64,000 nt of DNA from Pelomyxa schiedti (GCA_020536535.1 JAHLWZ010000331.1:1-64000), one strand, 5' to 3'. Shown: positions 1-14,294, numbered from the stretch's first letter. A program made the numbers and translations. The notes: generated by a model from the letters alone, not told the origin.

Positions 1-1647
1 GGTGTGTTTGTAGCGCTGCGGGGGCGGACGCGCAACCGCATTATGGGGGTGTGTTTGGGTCGTACTTGTACTCGCTTGAGCTGAGGCCGTTTATTGAGTG
101 TGAGGACCCTAACAGATTCACCGGGAGGTGCTCGTGTCCTCAGGTATTCATTCTATATCTATTAATTGAAATGGCATATTTCTGTGTTTGGGTGAAATGT
201 GGACTTCTGTTTGATGTGTTTGTTGGTGCCTGTTGATATGGAATCACTTACTATTAGCATACTTACTATTGCAATAGGGGTACACAGGGGAGGTAACTGG
301 TAGGATTATGAATGATGGAGGTGGAACTGGTGACTTTGGTGGGTACTTGTGGTATTGTGCTGATGGCACTCTCTATCCTGCTTCTGGGTGGGGTGGTTCT
401 TACCAGGTTTTTTCGTTTTGTTATATATACATATTATGCATTGACAAATGGTTTCCATACCAGGAGGATGCAAATGTGACAGATGGACAAGGGGTATTCC
501 TTATCCTTCCCTGTCTAAAATGAGTTCTAACAGGTTTTTCAGTGCCGATTCCCGAACAAATACACTGGTGCCTGCACTTGCCCTAGTGGATTCCAGCCAA
601 TCACCGCTCAAGTCCTTACCGACTTGGTTCGCACCACGGTATTTTAATGTTCTTGTATTCACAGAGTCTCAGGATGGAAGTGGTGCAAAACTTATTGAAT
701 CTTATGTTTCTTTCTGTTGGGCAAATTCGAGCCTCTCGGAGGCCTATGCTTTTGGTGGTGCCTATCAGGTATCCACTGTTTGACTTTTTTCCATTTCTGA
801 GCTTAAAAAAGACTAATGAATATGGGACTGGGTGCCTCACGGCAAATCCGGCAACTGGAGATTGCTCATGCTCCTCAGACTTCCCAGTTCTTCAGGTTGT
901 ACAGTACATATATGCCATTCTTTAATTACTTTACAGTTACTTCGAGTGGTGAAAACATCTGGTTTCAGGCACGAGATGGGTCCGGTTTATGTATGCGAAA
1001 GAGGTACAGCTAACCCTATCATGGTCCATGCTGTTCCCCACACCCATGATGACCCTGGGTGGCTGGAAACGTAAAATGTGGTTCTGTAGGAGTCACCCTA
1101 ACAACATATAAGTGTCGAGGGGTACTATGACTGTTGTGTGAAGAATATTCTTGATACTGTTACCCAGAGTTTGGCAGAAAATCCAAACCGACGCTTTACG
1201 TATGCCTCTTTAACTCATTGATTTTCTCATTCCAATCCAAAGGTATGTTGAAATGTCTTTTTTCACTATCTGGTGGAACCAACAAACTGATGACGTTAAG
1301 TCCCTTGTTAAAAAACTGGTTAGTACAGGGCAGCTCGATTTCACAATGTTGGTTCAGGTTAATTCAATTTCCCAACCTTAAACTTCTTCAGAGGTGGCTG
1401 GGTTATGCCAGATGAGGCCTGCCCATCATACACTGATCTCATAGATCAAGTATGTTAATCACTGATCACAAAAACTTGGTGAATTAATTTTCTTTGTAAC
1501 AGATGACTGCAGGGCATCTTTTCCTGAAAGACACATTTGGAGAAACCAGTGTACCTACTGTGGGATGGCAAATTGATCCTTTTGGGGTTTTTCCCCGCCA
1601 AGACCCTATCCCATCTTACACATGTTTTTCAGCATAGTAATGGCAAC
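1..1647 (+). CDS. GH38 alpha-mannosidase paralog, 5' part (starts before the window, cut by the N gap)
   Basis: Highly similar to 48699-50359. Spliced exons give VPHTHDDPGWLET (GH38 Zn-binding H-x-D motif), GGWVMPDEA and WQIDPFG|HS (catalytic nucleophile Asp). Confidence 0.9.
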
Positions 1648-1747
1648 NNNNNNNNNNNNNNNNNNNNNNNNNNNNNNNNNNNNNNNNNNNNNNNNNNNNN
1701 NNNNNNNNNNNNNNNNNNNNNNNNNNNNNNNNNNNNNNNNNNNNNNN
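1648..1747. other. Scaffold gap (100 N)
   Basis: Run of exactly 100 N. Confidence 1.
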
Positions 1748-2073
1748 TGGTATGTGTTTCAAATCAGTGGGGAAAAAAAAAAAAAAAACCGATCAACCCA
1801 CCAACCTACCAAGCCATCCCTGTCCTATGTAATTCACTCCCACTAACAATGTGAACAGCCTTCAGTGGACCACCTGTCATACTTGATGCGGCACATCTTC
1901 GCGCACCCACAAGAGGCCAAGGCAAGGGGCGCCCTCGCACGCCACAAAATCGTCACTCACTACTCCCAAGAGCGTGTGGCAGCTCTGGTACTCGACAGAC
2001 TCACATCCCTCACAAGCAAGAGATAACAGATTCGTGTTGGAAACCGTTTCTTCCCAAAAAAAAAAAAAAACCC

Positions 2074-3903
2074 ATGTCATCAACACTCGCAGCAGACAAG
2101 GCAGCCACCAACCTGGTGTTGCCGCAACCCACATTGCCTCTGACAGGACAAAACCAGCCAGATAACTCCATTGTGGGAGCAACAACGGCCGCTGCAAATG
2201 CACCTCAACCCCTACCTCTGCAACCCATAACTACGGGTGCAGTCCGGCAAAACAAGCCGGGGTTTTGCAACCATTATTTTGAGGGCAAGCACAGATTTTG
2301 CGGGCTTCCTGTGCACAAGGGGATGATGTACTGCGTCACGCACGCACCCGCTTCTGTTTTGCACACGATGCCTTGTCCGATAGACCCCTCTCAGTACGTG
2401 TGCACGTTCAACTGTATTGTGGGAATGTGATGGCGTAGGATTTAGATTAGACATTTTGGATTATACTGATGTACCTTTTTTTTTTCACCACTTTTTTTGT
2501 AGCACTATTTTTGTCAAGGATTTGGAGAAACACTCTAAGAGGTGCCCTGGTAATAAGCTCAATATCAAACCACCATTTTTCGTTCAAGACATCAATATTG
2601 GTATGGTATCCTATGTGTTCCAGGAGCAACTTATAATGTAATACAGGGACGGATTCAGAGGAGAGCACACTTCCATCAAATGAATCGGATTCATGCCTTC
2701 AAGCTGATACTGTGCTAATCTCCAAGGTAAATGCGGCCTGGTTAAAGTGGAAACATATTCTCAATGTGCAAGTCAGTCACATATCTCATCCAAATTGTAC
2801 TTGTCCTCCACTTGACACTAAAGTAGAGAAAACAGCGCAATTTAAAGGTTCAGTATTTCTTCATTTCTCTTGTTTGACCTAAATGGTTCCTAGCTTCACA
2901 GAAACATACACCCCAAATTTCTTCAATACTAGCTCATATGGCCAACAAGGGATTGGCTAACTTAGATACCAGTAGACAAGAGGAATCTCAACAATCATCA
3001 ACCTCGCCTCCCAGTGCTGAAGCAGCCTCTGCAACTACAACAACCATAAACAGTTCCCAACTTAATTCGCCATCGTTCTGCTATCTAGAGTTTGGCGCAG
3101 GAAAAGCCCATTTGACAAGAGCACTGATGGAAGTGGTTTCACTGAATCACACATTTTGCTTAGTTGACAGAGGCAAGTTCAGGCATGGTGTGAGTATCCA
3201 ACGTACAAAAAAAAATTTAAACCAACACAATCCACAGGCTGAGAAGGGCAGATCAGCTCGAACAATCGAGAGGCTAAGAGTCGACATTAAAGACTTGGAT
3301 ATCTCTAAAGTTAGTGTTATTCACAACTCCACCACTCTAGTTGCTTATGGGAAGCATTTGTGTGGGGCAGCCACTGATCTGTCACTGAGGTTGTAAAATA
3401 ATCCAGGTGGAAATATCACCGTTCTAATTATAACCAAAGGTGCATGAATGGGTGCCGACAACCATGTGCTATTTTCATTGCGTTGTGCTGCTACCATAAG
3501 TGCTCTTGGAGACCATACATAAGTAAATCACTTTCTCAACATTTACCCGTAACAATCACCGAAGACAAACAATTTCTCGCTGAAAATGGATTCACTGTGG
3601 GTGATTTCCCGCGCCTGTGTGCACTCACCAGGTTTTGTGGATAGATATTGGGTAGAACTATCTAAAGATACTGACACTTACTCCCGCAGCTGGTATACGA
3701 GTGGAGTCAGAGAGGAACAAGCCACTCCAGAGCAAAGAGCAGACGCACAAGAGCGAGCACAAATCGGGCGACATGCAAGGGATGTTATGTTGATAGGCCG
3801 GCTGATGAAGTTGTCACAGTGGGGGTTCAATTGCGAAACCTTTGAGTATGTACCAGATACAATTTCTTTGGAAAACTTGCTGCTATTCGCTTCCAGAAAT
3901 TAA
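2074..3903 (+). CDS. TRMT13: tRNA:m(4)X 2'-O-methyltransferase TRM13 (multi-exon)
   Basis: N-terminal finger CNHYFEGKHRFC..YCVTH, CHHC finger CPIDPS..HSKRC, and methyltransferase motifs LEFGAGKA, KHLCGAATDLSLR, IALCCYHKC, SLENLLL. Confidence 0.92.
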
Positions 3904-4020
3904 GAGTACTCTTACTCTGTTGTTTTGAAAGAAAAGCATTCTAGTCATAGAGAAGGATAAAAGAGTTTTTATTTGGAGAAAAAGCCACTGTTACAAGGCA
4001 ATGCAGAGGTCTTAAGGATT

Positions 4021-4562
4021 TTATCTGCTGTGGAGCTCCCTGTGGTGCTGAGATAGAGCACAGCAGCCGCAGCAGAATGACAGTATACAGTCACCAGCAA
4101 CTCCTCCCTGAAGGGGGATTTAGTTGTGATTGACGTGGGTTGCTTGTGCTTTGTGCTAGGTTACATACATCAATGTTGTACTTGTTTCGTATGGATTGCC
4201 TTTGCTGGCATGTGGGGAAGAAAGACAACCCACAAATGGCCAAGAGACAAAAGATAGCTGCATTTACCACCATACTGTTTTATATTTGGTTAAATCATAA
4301 GTCAATATAAGTGGCTATGTTAAGAGAAAAGACACCTGTTACCCATAATTCCCTCGCCGTGCTTCTCAGCATTCATACCATATTGAACGCAAGGAATGCA
4401 CCAAGAAATCAAGCCTGGGGCGAGGGTCAAAAAAAACTCCGGGAAAAAAAAGAAAAAAATGAAAAACACACATGAAACTGGGTCGCTCAAGCAACCGCAG
4501 AATTTGCTGTTCCACTTGTCCTGTGGCTCAATGGCGTTGGCAATCTTCTCCAGCGAATCCAT
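4021..4562 (-). CDS. PLAC8 / cell-number-regulator family Cys-rich protein
   Basis: Spliced: WNSKFCGCLSDPVSC..WCIPCVQYGMNAEK..RQSIRNKYNID..DCILSFCCGCCALSQHHREL. Stop TAA at 4021-4023. Confidence 0.9.
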
Positions 4563-4848
4563 GTCGCTAAAAGGGTCGTGTATTGTTTTCTGTTTTTCTT
4601 TTTTCTTTTCGTGCCTCTTACAAATCTTAAAAGCACAAACACATATTTCGGCCTCCGCGAAAAGACAATCCCAGAAAATGAAAATAGAAAGCAGCGTTGC
4701 TTACAGTCCAGATGTGTCCAAGCGCTTGGGGGGTCAGGGGCTTGTGGGTTCAGGCCACTCCGTCACTTGCCAGATTGGAGTGGCCTGAGGGGCCTGGTCT
4801 GCTTCAGATTCACAGAAAACCCTCTTGAGATTGATTTAAAAATATTAG

Positions 4849-7800
4849 ATGTCCCTTGTGCAACCGGGCAACGATGTAGTGGTTCCAGACGCCACGCCGC
4901 CGTCACCATTAATAGCCCCCCTCCCTATATCATTTGACCCTCAGGCCATATTGAGCAACGACGATCTTGCCCCCTCGACTTCAACGACGACGCCCGGCGT
5001 GGCTCTGGAGCCGCCACTGCAACCCCCGCAAGCTGTAGACAGCGTTCCCATAATTACGGCGCCGACGCCCACGCCGGGGACAAATGCAGCCACAACCACG
5101 ACAGTGACGGCAGCGACTACGACGATGGCGTCACTACCCACTAGTGCAAATTGCGGGGACCCACCCGCGGGCGAGGCGGTGGGGCCAGGGGCGGAGGAAA
5201 AGGGACCCGCGAGGGACGACGCACCCACGGCGACCAGCGCGCACGAGCAGCGGGGCGAGGGCGAGGGCGAGATTGGGCCCCGCGGCAGGGAGCACGAGGC
5301 GGTGGGAGGGGAGCGGGGGCCAGCGGCTGGGAAAGGGGAGGAAGAAGGGGCGCGGGCCGAGGCCTGGGGAGCAGCGGGGCGGGTGGGGGACCAGCGGGGG
5401 GGCAGGGACCAAGGCAGAGAACGATTCGCGATGACGTTTGTTCTATTCTCCTTGTTACTTACTTACTTGCTTACTCCAAATCCACACATAACCAACAACT
5501 AAACAAACAAACAAACAAAAAACAAAAAAAAAACAAAACAGTGAAGTTGAAGAGTTGATCGATTTGTGTTGTGCTGTGGAGGAGCTTCTTACACCCCTCC
5601 AGGCATCAAGTGACTTGCCCAACACCCCCACCCCTCTGACCCCTCCCAATGTTTGCATGGACTTTGACGCTGAGCTGGAGCTACACCCTAATTCTGCTAT
5701 GCAAGAGAAGGAGAAAGAAGTGGGCAGACCCGTAAACACAACTTGTCCGGGAATCAAAGCTACAACGCCGGAAGAAACTGTAATTCAGTCCACCCAAACA
5801 CATGCCCCGTGGCAACCTAGTGAGAATGGCACATTGGAACGCTCGCAAGTAAATCAATCATCTGCTCAGGCAATGAAGTTTTTCAGTAAGGAATTATTTG
5901 GTTCACTAGGCAGCAATATGTCATCCCCCGTCCCTCCAGTGAAATCAGGAAAACGCTTCCGTTGCTCTGCTGTTCTTGCAGCCGCCATTTCCAGTAATCC
6001 TCCTGTCACAACCCTCCGTAATAGTGTTCCAATCCCTGCCGTGTCAGGAAGGAATGAAATTCCCCCCACCCTCAACAGCCAAGTATGTACCAACAACCCT
6101 GACGGCTCAAGTAATCTGAATTCAGATCAATCTGTCCTTATCCCCAAAAGAACAAACACTGAAAAAGTGACACACCCCCAAAACCCTGGTGATACTTCAC
6201 TCCAACCTGGAATAGTGCCTTCTTCAAAGCCCAAAAGACCTAAGTATGCCCCAGTTTCGGTCTCTGCCTCATGTGCAATGCCAGGAGCTGACACCAACTC
6301 ACTCACTATGCGCAAACCAACAAAACCTGATAGCTTGTGCCCAAAGCCAAAAAGCAAACCCATAGACACCCCGAGATCCACCCCTGAGCACCAAAAGGCA
6401 CTTACAAGTCCAGCTCAGGCTCAAATAACATCAACCAAACCAGAGACCCCCAAGATTGAAAGCACCCCAATTTGTGAGAGTGATAAGCAAAAGTCACACA
6501 TGGAGATCTTGCACCCCCCCAAAGATACCGTACACAAAGAACTCTCCCCTGAAATGCTTCCTTCTAACACTACTGTTGCCACTTCTCTTCCCTCGCACCC
6601 TCCAAGTATGACGGCCACCCCCATGCCAATAATTTCTCTTTCCTCAAAACCATCAGAACCTCCGTTGCCAACCACAGTTCACCAGCACAAGCATCATAAA
6701 ACTACTCACACACATCACCACCCATCTCAAGGGATAAAAGACACTGCGTCAATTAATGAAGGCATTTCATTTTGTGTGCCTGAGGAACCTCCGCTGAGAA
6801 TCATCCCAAACAAACAACCCCACGACCTTCCAATGTCACAGACCTTTAGTGATCACCTTCCTCTTAATGACCAACCTTCTAATATTCCTGCAGCTGCTAC
6901 CTCTCACACCCCTGGAGCCAATCCACCCTCCAACGACGGACCCAAATCTCAGAAACTGCCAAATAGAAGATCTCAGCAACGACTCTCTGCACCCCCATTG
7001 AAGACCAAACCACAAAAAGAAACACCTCCCAATGCTCCCTCCCTCACGAGGCAAGCACCTATTGTCACTCAACCCCCTGTGGCAGAACACACCGCAACCC
7101 CCAATCCTCAGGCGCCACATACAGTCAGATTACCCCTCTGCAGAAAATCCCGACATTCCCCCACAATGCCTTCAGGCTCAGGTAACAATACAAAATCAGC
7201 ATTGCAGGAGAATAATGGCATAGAAGTAATAAATCACGTCTCATCTCAAAACATCAGTCTGCCTCTAAGTTCTGAAAATAATTCTGTGCTGCATTGTGCT
7301 CCTGCTCCCATTCCCATGCTTTCACAAGAAAATCAGGGGCTAGACCAGTCACTTAACCAAATTCCACAAACTCTACCAAGCAGTACAACAGTACTGCAAT
7401 CACAAAAACCGCCACTTCCTTATGAAAATGGCCTAGCAAGTCAAAACTCTTTGAAATCTGAAGTTCAATCCAGTGATTTAGCACTCAAGACGGATTGCAT
7501 TGAAAAGGAGGATTCGTTTGAAGAAACTGTGTGCCAACCAAACCCTGCTAAAAGAAGGAAGCAGTGTACACCTGCAATGCAAGTAAAATGGCATAAACTC
7601 ACTATGCGGCATTCAGCTCTCTCTATTCAAGAGCACCGAAGATATTTATTTTTGGAAGAAAAGGTAACTCCTCATTGCATAATGCACTTTAATGTGGCTT
7701 TCAGGTAATTGAAGACAAAAAGCAGCAGGAAAATGGAGAGAAACCATATTTAGAGGAACAGGTGCACTAACTGAGATTATGTAGTTATCTCAATGACACA

Positions 7801-10403
7801 CACACACAAAAAAAAAAAAAGGATCACATGGAGTTGAAAAATTTGCGAATGAGAGTTGAAAAGGAACGGCAAGAATACTTTGATCACAGTCTACAGTATC
7901 GTTAATCATATTGTTTAAAGTTAACTTCTTTACCTCAGTGAAGTTAAAGTGAATAAGGAATATTTTTCGTATATTCATGTTGAGGTTCGAGCCCAAGTCG
8001 AGGTACATATTTCTCCAAGATAAACAGAGCCTAAAAAAAAAAAGGAGTACATTACTGCACTGAAAGCAAAAGTAAAAGCATACTACCCAAGGTATTATAT
8101 TGAATGTGGAAGGCTGGATATCAGGAATATCAACAGTAGTCCTACATCACCGGACCACGTCCTGACACCAGTTGCAAGACTATTTGAGAATGTAGATTTT
8201 TCCTTTTTAAAAAACCGAGATTAACATATTAAGGGGGAAATATTAGAGTGCAACCCCAAAATTGTTACTAAATATCTGTCACCTGCGAGCTCTGAAGAGT
8301 TACACATACCACCCCATACCAAGCTCTTCTTTAAAGAGTCCAAAGCGACAGAGCCCACAACTAAGTGGCGTAAGCAGGTACTCAAAAAAAAAAAACAACT
8401 TAAATTAAATTAAATTAAAATAAACGCTCGAAGGTTATGCCACTGGTAAGTGAGGATGCCACTGTCAAGGCTTTAATATCTTGTACCAAAGTTGATGTGG
8501 TACTTTCTTCGTCTGTCCTCAAGGCTCTTGCAGGCACTGCATATGCACAACCGTGGGAATTGCCTGGGCTAATTGTTTCCACAAGCCCACCTGGTTTCTG
8601 GAAATTCTTCTCTTTTCTTACTGTCTAACAAGTGAACTAGGTTGCACAACTCCCATAAGGACATTGCTTCTTGATAAGCCATTGGTTAAACAGCAACTGA
8701 CACCACGTGAGGTTAATACATTATTCTATAAGGCTGCTTTCCAGACACGAGTGCTCTGGCATCTGAAAGGTGATGAGGCGGAGTCTCTGGAGTTGGAGTC
8801 TGAAAATGTAAGTGAAATTTGAGATTATCTTAACGTGAAGTGTTAGGTTCCAGAAAATGTGTCAAGTCATCTTGGAAAAGGTGGCGTTTCTCTCCTCGCC
8901 AAAATACCTTTACCTCATGGCTGGAACCAGACTTACTATCTCTGGTCACTTGGCGAATTGAATATTTTAATTAGGTGCAAGATTCACTCCATGATGACAA
9001 CCCCCGACTCCCCATCCGTATGAATATTTTTTCTCCAATGTTGAATAACGTTTATGAACAGGGCTTTTGGTTCACAAGTTTATTTCCGAAGCTGCATTAT
9101 AGGCTTTCTGTTGGCTTGGAAGATGAAGTTTCCATTGATGTTGCACAATGGTGGATACATACATATATCCGACCAAGATCTTCACAGGACACACCCTGCA
9201 AGCTGCTGTTAGGTATTGCCTCCTATCAACTAGCTAAAAGAAAAATCCTGAACTGTACCCAGGTAACATCGATGTTTTCAAGTCGTCCTTGCACTCCCTG
9301 GAGCTCCGAGATTTCAAAGAAATTCTTAAACCAGGGCACACTTTCAAGTAATTGCTCAATTCACAGACATTCACCTCTCAGTATTTACTTTGTAGACCTG
9401 AAGTTACATTTAAGTATATGCACTACATCCTCAGAGGCATAGCACAACAACCCATTGGTCAATATATGATCCATTACAACGCACCTTACATAAAAATCAT
9501 GAGAAGCACCCCAACACCAGCTCCCCCACCCCCTCCACAAGCATCATTTCAGCTTAACATTCCCCAAGGTATTTCTCCCCTCAATCTTTACAACACTAAC
9601 ATTTTATCCAGCTCCTCCAACATACGACTTGCACAAGTATTTCAATTTCTGTGATGATAAATATTTTACACCTTTAGGTCCCAAGAAACAGCTGGTTCCA
9701 TTGACCTCAGCAGTACATATCTGAGCTACCGCCGAATTTGGAAACACGTTGAACACCGGATCCCTTATACCTTCCCCCCATTACCACCTCTTCCCGATAA
9801 ACCAATCCCAATTCCTGAGGAGGAGCCTCATATTCCCCATTGCTTCATTTTCACCAAAACAGGTGCTTGCAGCCAAGGGCTCGAGGTATGGACTAGTATA
9901 TTTTATCTTCTACTAATTTGCCCTAGTGTCCATACCCTCACTGGAATTCTGAACAGCTCAACCGAGAAATGCAATTCATCCTTGCTGGCTACGTACAAAA
10001 CAACCACCAAAATGAGAGACAGCCGCCGGTGTCAAAGCAGAAATTTAAGCAGAAGCAGAAACAAAAGACAAAAGCATCCAAGAAGCGAAACAAAAGAAAG
10101 GCTCGGCACTCGGAATTGCCCCCAGATAAACCTCAATTCACCGGAAACGGAAATCCCCAGCAAGTTCATACTACTACAACAACCACAACAACGATTCCTC
10201 AGCAACAGCAACAGCAGTCCACACCCATAATTCCACCACAGCAAGAACACCACGCAGCAACCAATACCGCCCCCAACTCCAGCAATGCACTGCATTCATC
10301 CCAACAAGAACCAATAGCTTCTTCCACACACAACCCCTCACAACAACCACAACTACAAACAACAAACCCCAGCACACTACCACCCAATCATAACTCTCTA
10401 TAA
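4849..10403 (+). CDS. Large protein: low-complexity N-terminus, ICE2/NARG2_C-like domain, C-terminal CCCH zinc finger
   Basis: Intron 5436-5541 joins ORF 4849 in frame to ORF 5555. Motifs VDVVLSSSVLKAL..WELP, LLDKPL..LTPREVNTLFYK, YYLWSLGELNILIR, KLHY..WWIHTYIRP resemble NARG2_C from memory. CFIFTKTGACSQGLE|CPYPH fits C-x8-C-x5-C-x3-H. Confidence 0.7.
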
Positions 10404-10605
10404 CCACATGCACACAACAGAACCACTTGTACTTCCTCTTAGGCTGAGTCACATTAGGGAAAAAAAAAAAAACCAACAACACCCGGCACTGACTGGGCTT
10501 CCTGGCAAACAATCAAAAAAAGAAAAAAAAAATCAGGGCAACTGTTTAGGCTAACAAGTATCAAATCACAAAAAGAAAAACAAAGAAAAAGACGGAGATT
10601 TGGAG

Positions 10606-12947
10606 ATGGTAAGATTACGGGGGCGACGTGCCACGTGTCCACAAACAACGTAACACACATCACAGGTAGTTCTCGCCGCAGCCGTGTGCACTAAATCTGG
10701 ACGCGGTACAGCCTCCCACTCACTTCGTTTTTTGCCGCATGTTTTTGTGTTGTCATACGTTCGTGAAAACCGTAACACTTCGATAGTACTTTTTTCCCGG
10801 CAGTACGTGGAAATGACACGTGCTGGCATATCGGGGCTGTTGGCAGCCTTTACGAAACGTTGCACCGACACCAGTGATCCAGACAGACAACACACATACA
10901 TAGAAACAGAAAATGTCAGGTACTTTCCTCCTCCAATGACACAGCTTCTTTTTAATGGGGTTTATTCATCAAGGTACCTATATCAGCCAATGGAGGAGCT
11001 AGTGATGGTAATTGTAACTTCCAAAATGAGCAACATTGTGGACGACCTTGATACACTTCACCTTTACACAAAACTGGTTTGTTTTCCTTCCTGCTTCTAC
11101 TGTCACCCTCCCTCTTCAGTAGCCATAATAAACTATTGATACAAACATATAGGTCTCTACCTATGTACGGCAATTGAATGAAAGGTGCTTGATGGAATCG
11201 GTGTGGGATTTAATTTCCGCATTCGATGAGCCCATCACATTTATGGGGTGAGATAGATTTGAATTATAACAACAGGCAACTAACACTTGATAGTTATAAG
11301 GAAAAAGTATCAATTGGGCAAATTAAAAATTTCGTTGAAATGGACAGTCACGAAGAGAAGATGAGAGTTGCGGACATGGAAGAAAAAATTCGTAATGTTC
11401 AACGAATAGCAAATGAAAAGGCAAACCAGTTCAAGGAACAGAGAGAGGCTGCAGAGCGTGCAGCAAAATTTGCGCGTGGCAGTGGTATCCCAATGAGTGG
11501 TGGGTCAGGGGGAATTCCAAGCCCGTCCGCCTTGGTGTCAGCTGCAACAGGGGCAAATCAGGCAACACCCATCCCTGCTGCTTATGTTGTGAAAGACACA
11601 CCGTATGATGTCTTCTCTAAAATCCCTTTTTACGATAGAAAGTGTTGTAATTCCACTTAGGAAACCAGGATCAGCCGCAGCAGAAGCCCCCTCTTCAACA
11701 AAAGGAATGCAACTAGGGAAAAAACCTGCTACTGCCCAGTCCAATGAATTCCTTGATCAAGTTGCTAAAGAAGGTTGCGCTTTTCCTTTCAAGTTCTGAG
11801 TAACTGATTTTTTTTAAGACAGAGGATTTGTTGTAAATCCAATTGCAGAGCCAGCGCCTGAGGAACCCACCGTGAAGCCTCCAACTAGTGCAGTGGCACC
11901 CCCAGTTACCGCTGTAGTGGCAAAACCAGCAGTAAGAAGGGAGAGGTATTTTGAGTAGGTACAATTCCTGAAAATCTCACCCTGTCTTCAGTGTCCACAT
12001 CAACATACAAGAAGCCCTTAGGGCCAAAGGTGTTGTGGAAGGAATTGTTGACACTATGGAGGTTGCTGGGGACCTTGCCATTACCATAGCGGACCCTAAA
12101 TATGCCAAACTTTATGTTAAAGCTACCACTAATCCTAAGTATCTTTACAATGTATGTCACCTCTTTGTTTCCTCAGTTTTACAAAATTCAGACACACCCC
12201 CAAATTGATAAAGTGCGTTTCACCAAAGAGAGTGGTGTCATCGCAGCCAAGGATCCTAATCGTCCTTTCCCAGTGGGAAATGCCATTACTGTCGCAAAGT
12301 GGCGATTACAATCTAAAGAATCTCTCCCTGTGATAAGTTTGTCCTTCATCATGTGACTGAATACTAACATATTCCCCAAACAGTTAACTGCTTCCCATCT
12401 ATCTTCGAACAGGGCATCACCCTAAATTTGGAATGCACAGTAGGATCTGCCACAGACCTCACAGATATAGAGATAGCCATTCCCTGCCCGTGAGTGTACT
12501 GTTCGTGGAGTGCTGAACTGTGTTACTAATGCCATTTCAGGGCTGCTCCGCAAGTAACACAGCTTGAAGGTGAACAACGGATGGAGGGAGGAATGCTTAT
12601 TTGGCACATACCGCTTCTGGACGATGACCTCCCGTCTGGAACAATAGAGTTTACTTGTGCAGGGACTTCACTCAATACCTCTCAATTTTTCCCTATGTCT
12701 ATAACCTACCAGTCTCAGAGATCGCTAAGCGGTTTGGAAGTATGTTGCGCCTTTTTCTTCGCCGCCGTTTAAACGCTGTCTGTGGTCTAATCAACGCCAA
12801 ACACACACACACACAAAAAAAAAAAAAAACAAGATCGAGGGTGTCTACAACGCAGACAACGAACCTATACCCTTCAGCAAGGAAACAACAATCAAAGTAG
12901 ACTCCTTCACTATCTTCAACGCAGTAGCGGACGCACAAGCTTCATAA
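10606..12947 (+). CDS. ARCN1: Coatomer subunit delta (delta-COP)
   Basis: First coding exon is ATG alone, then VVLAAAVCTKSGR..SRQYVEMTRAGISGLLAAF..HTYIETENVRY..YQPMEEL..SNIVDDLDTL..FDEPITFMGYKEK..EMDSHEEK. Mu-homology part has QTHPQIDK and AKWR. Confidence 0.95.
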
Positions 12948-13076
12948 CGATGTTGCAACAACCGCGAAATGTGAAAACACATGCCTTACACATTAGACCT
13001 TAGAACTTAGCACACCCTCACTTTTTTCACATAATCATCGGAAATTTTCAAAGACGCCATCAAGTTGGTTTTTGTT

Positions 13077-14049
13077 TCAGAACCAGTGCTCGCCGTGCTG
13101 TATCCAACAAAGCTCGGTGCCGTCCAGTGTGCACCTTGTGCTCGTGCGGACAACTACCTCCACCCTCTTCACGCCAGGCAAGATGAGCTCGTATCTGCCG
13201 CGCCCTGCGACGTTGTAGGTTCCCAGCCAGTGCCTGTCGCCCTTGTCGACGCGCACGGAGTGGGTGTCTGGGTCCATCCAAAGAGTGACGCAGCACGAAG
13301 GGGGGGAGGCGGAGCTGCTGGCCGCCGAGCAGCCTTTTTCGAGGCAGTGGGCCGGAGTGAGCTCGGTTGCCCAGCCTTGATATAACCTCCTGCGGCACGG
13401 GAAGGGCTCGTGCACCAGCAAGCGTGAATGAACTTCCTCTAGGTACAAGTAAGCGGCAGCGTGCCTGCACTGGGACCATGTTTCGTAGTCAATGGGCGGC
13501 AGAGCGGCGGGATCCTGTGAATGGCATATTTTGTAAGAGGGAAAGCTAGCTGGGTGGGAATTGCCATACCAAGAGAAGGTCAAAGACGAACTTTGCGGCC
13601 TCCACGCTGATTCCTTCAATGTATTGCACAGCTGTGTTATTTACGGTGCCGCTCCTTCCAAAGTACAACAGAGATGTCTTGGGAACTAGAGCAGCAGGAA
13701 TCATCAGGTAACCACCAGATCCACCCATTTGTGCATCTTGCCCTGGAACTGACGGGAAGTGATACCACAAAACAGTAGACACAGCACTTTGTGAGTAACC
13801 CACCACACTTTGCTCCATACTGTATATCTTATGATTTTATTATCTTCTGGATCTCCCATTCCTCGCTCACCCAAATACAGTCAGTCAGGGCACTACTGTC
13901 ACAAAAAGGAAAGAAATAAACAAAATAAACGTTACATTTTGGCCTTGATCCCAGCAAACAGGTAGGAAGTTGTAATCTTCTCGGAAAACTCCACTTTGGC
14001 ATTAATCCCCATACCTGAGGAAAGACTGAGAAACTGTTGGTTTGCTCAT
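13077..14049 (-). CDS. Hypothetical protein (exon structure uncertain)
   Basis: ATG at 14049 with a donor site shortly after; long GC-rich open frames 13077-13818; no recognised domain. Confidence 0.35.
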
Positions 14050-14294
14050 GGAGGGTTGCCTGCCCAGCCCAGTGATTTAAATTGGGTGAATAAGAAAGAT
14101 AAACCGACTTGAACCCTGTCATTTTCGTGACCGTAGGCCAGGTCCACGGTCTGGCCAGGTTGTTTTATTCACTTTTCTTGACTGTCCTGCTGAATTCTGC
14201 CATCAGATCAGAGGTTTTTATTTTCCGTAATTTCGAAATCAAAGAAGAAACAAAAACCCCTTGTGCAAGGGGTCGCCGGTTTGGTTGGCGTGCG

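Noticed and set aside
2074-3903. Functional link between TRM13 and the nearby tRNA genes
   Set aside because: Known TRM13 substrates are tRNA-His, -Pro and -Gly, not Arg; proximity is probably chance.
11221-11300. Apparent non-canonical intron in delta-COP
   Set aside because: A canonical gtgag..tag intron restores FDEPITFMGYKEK.
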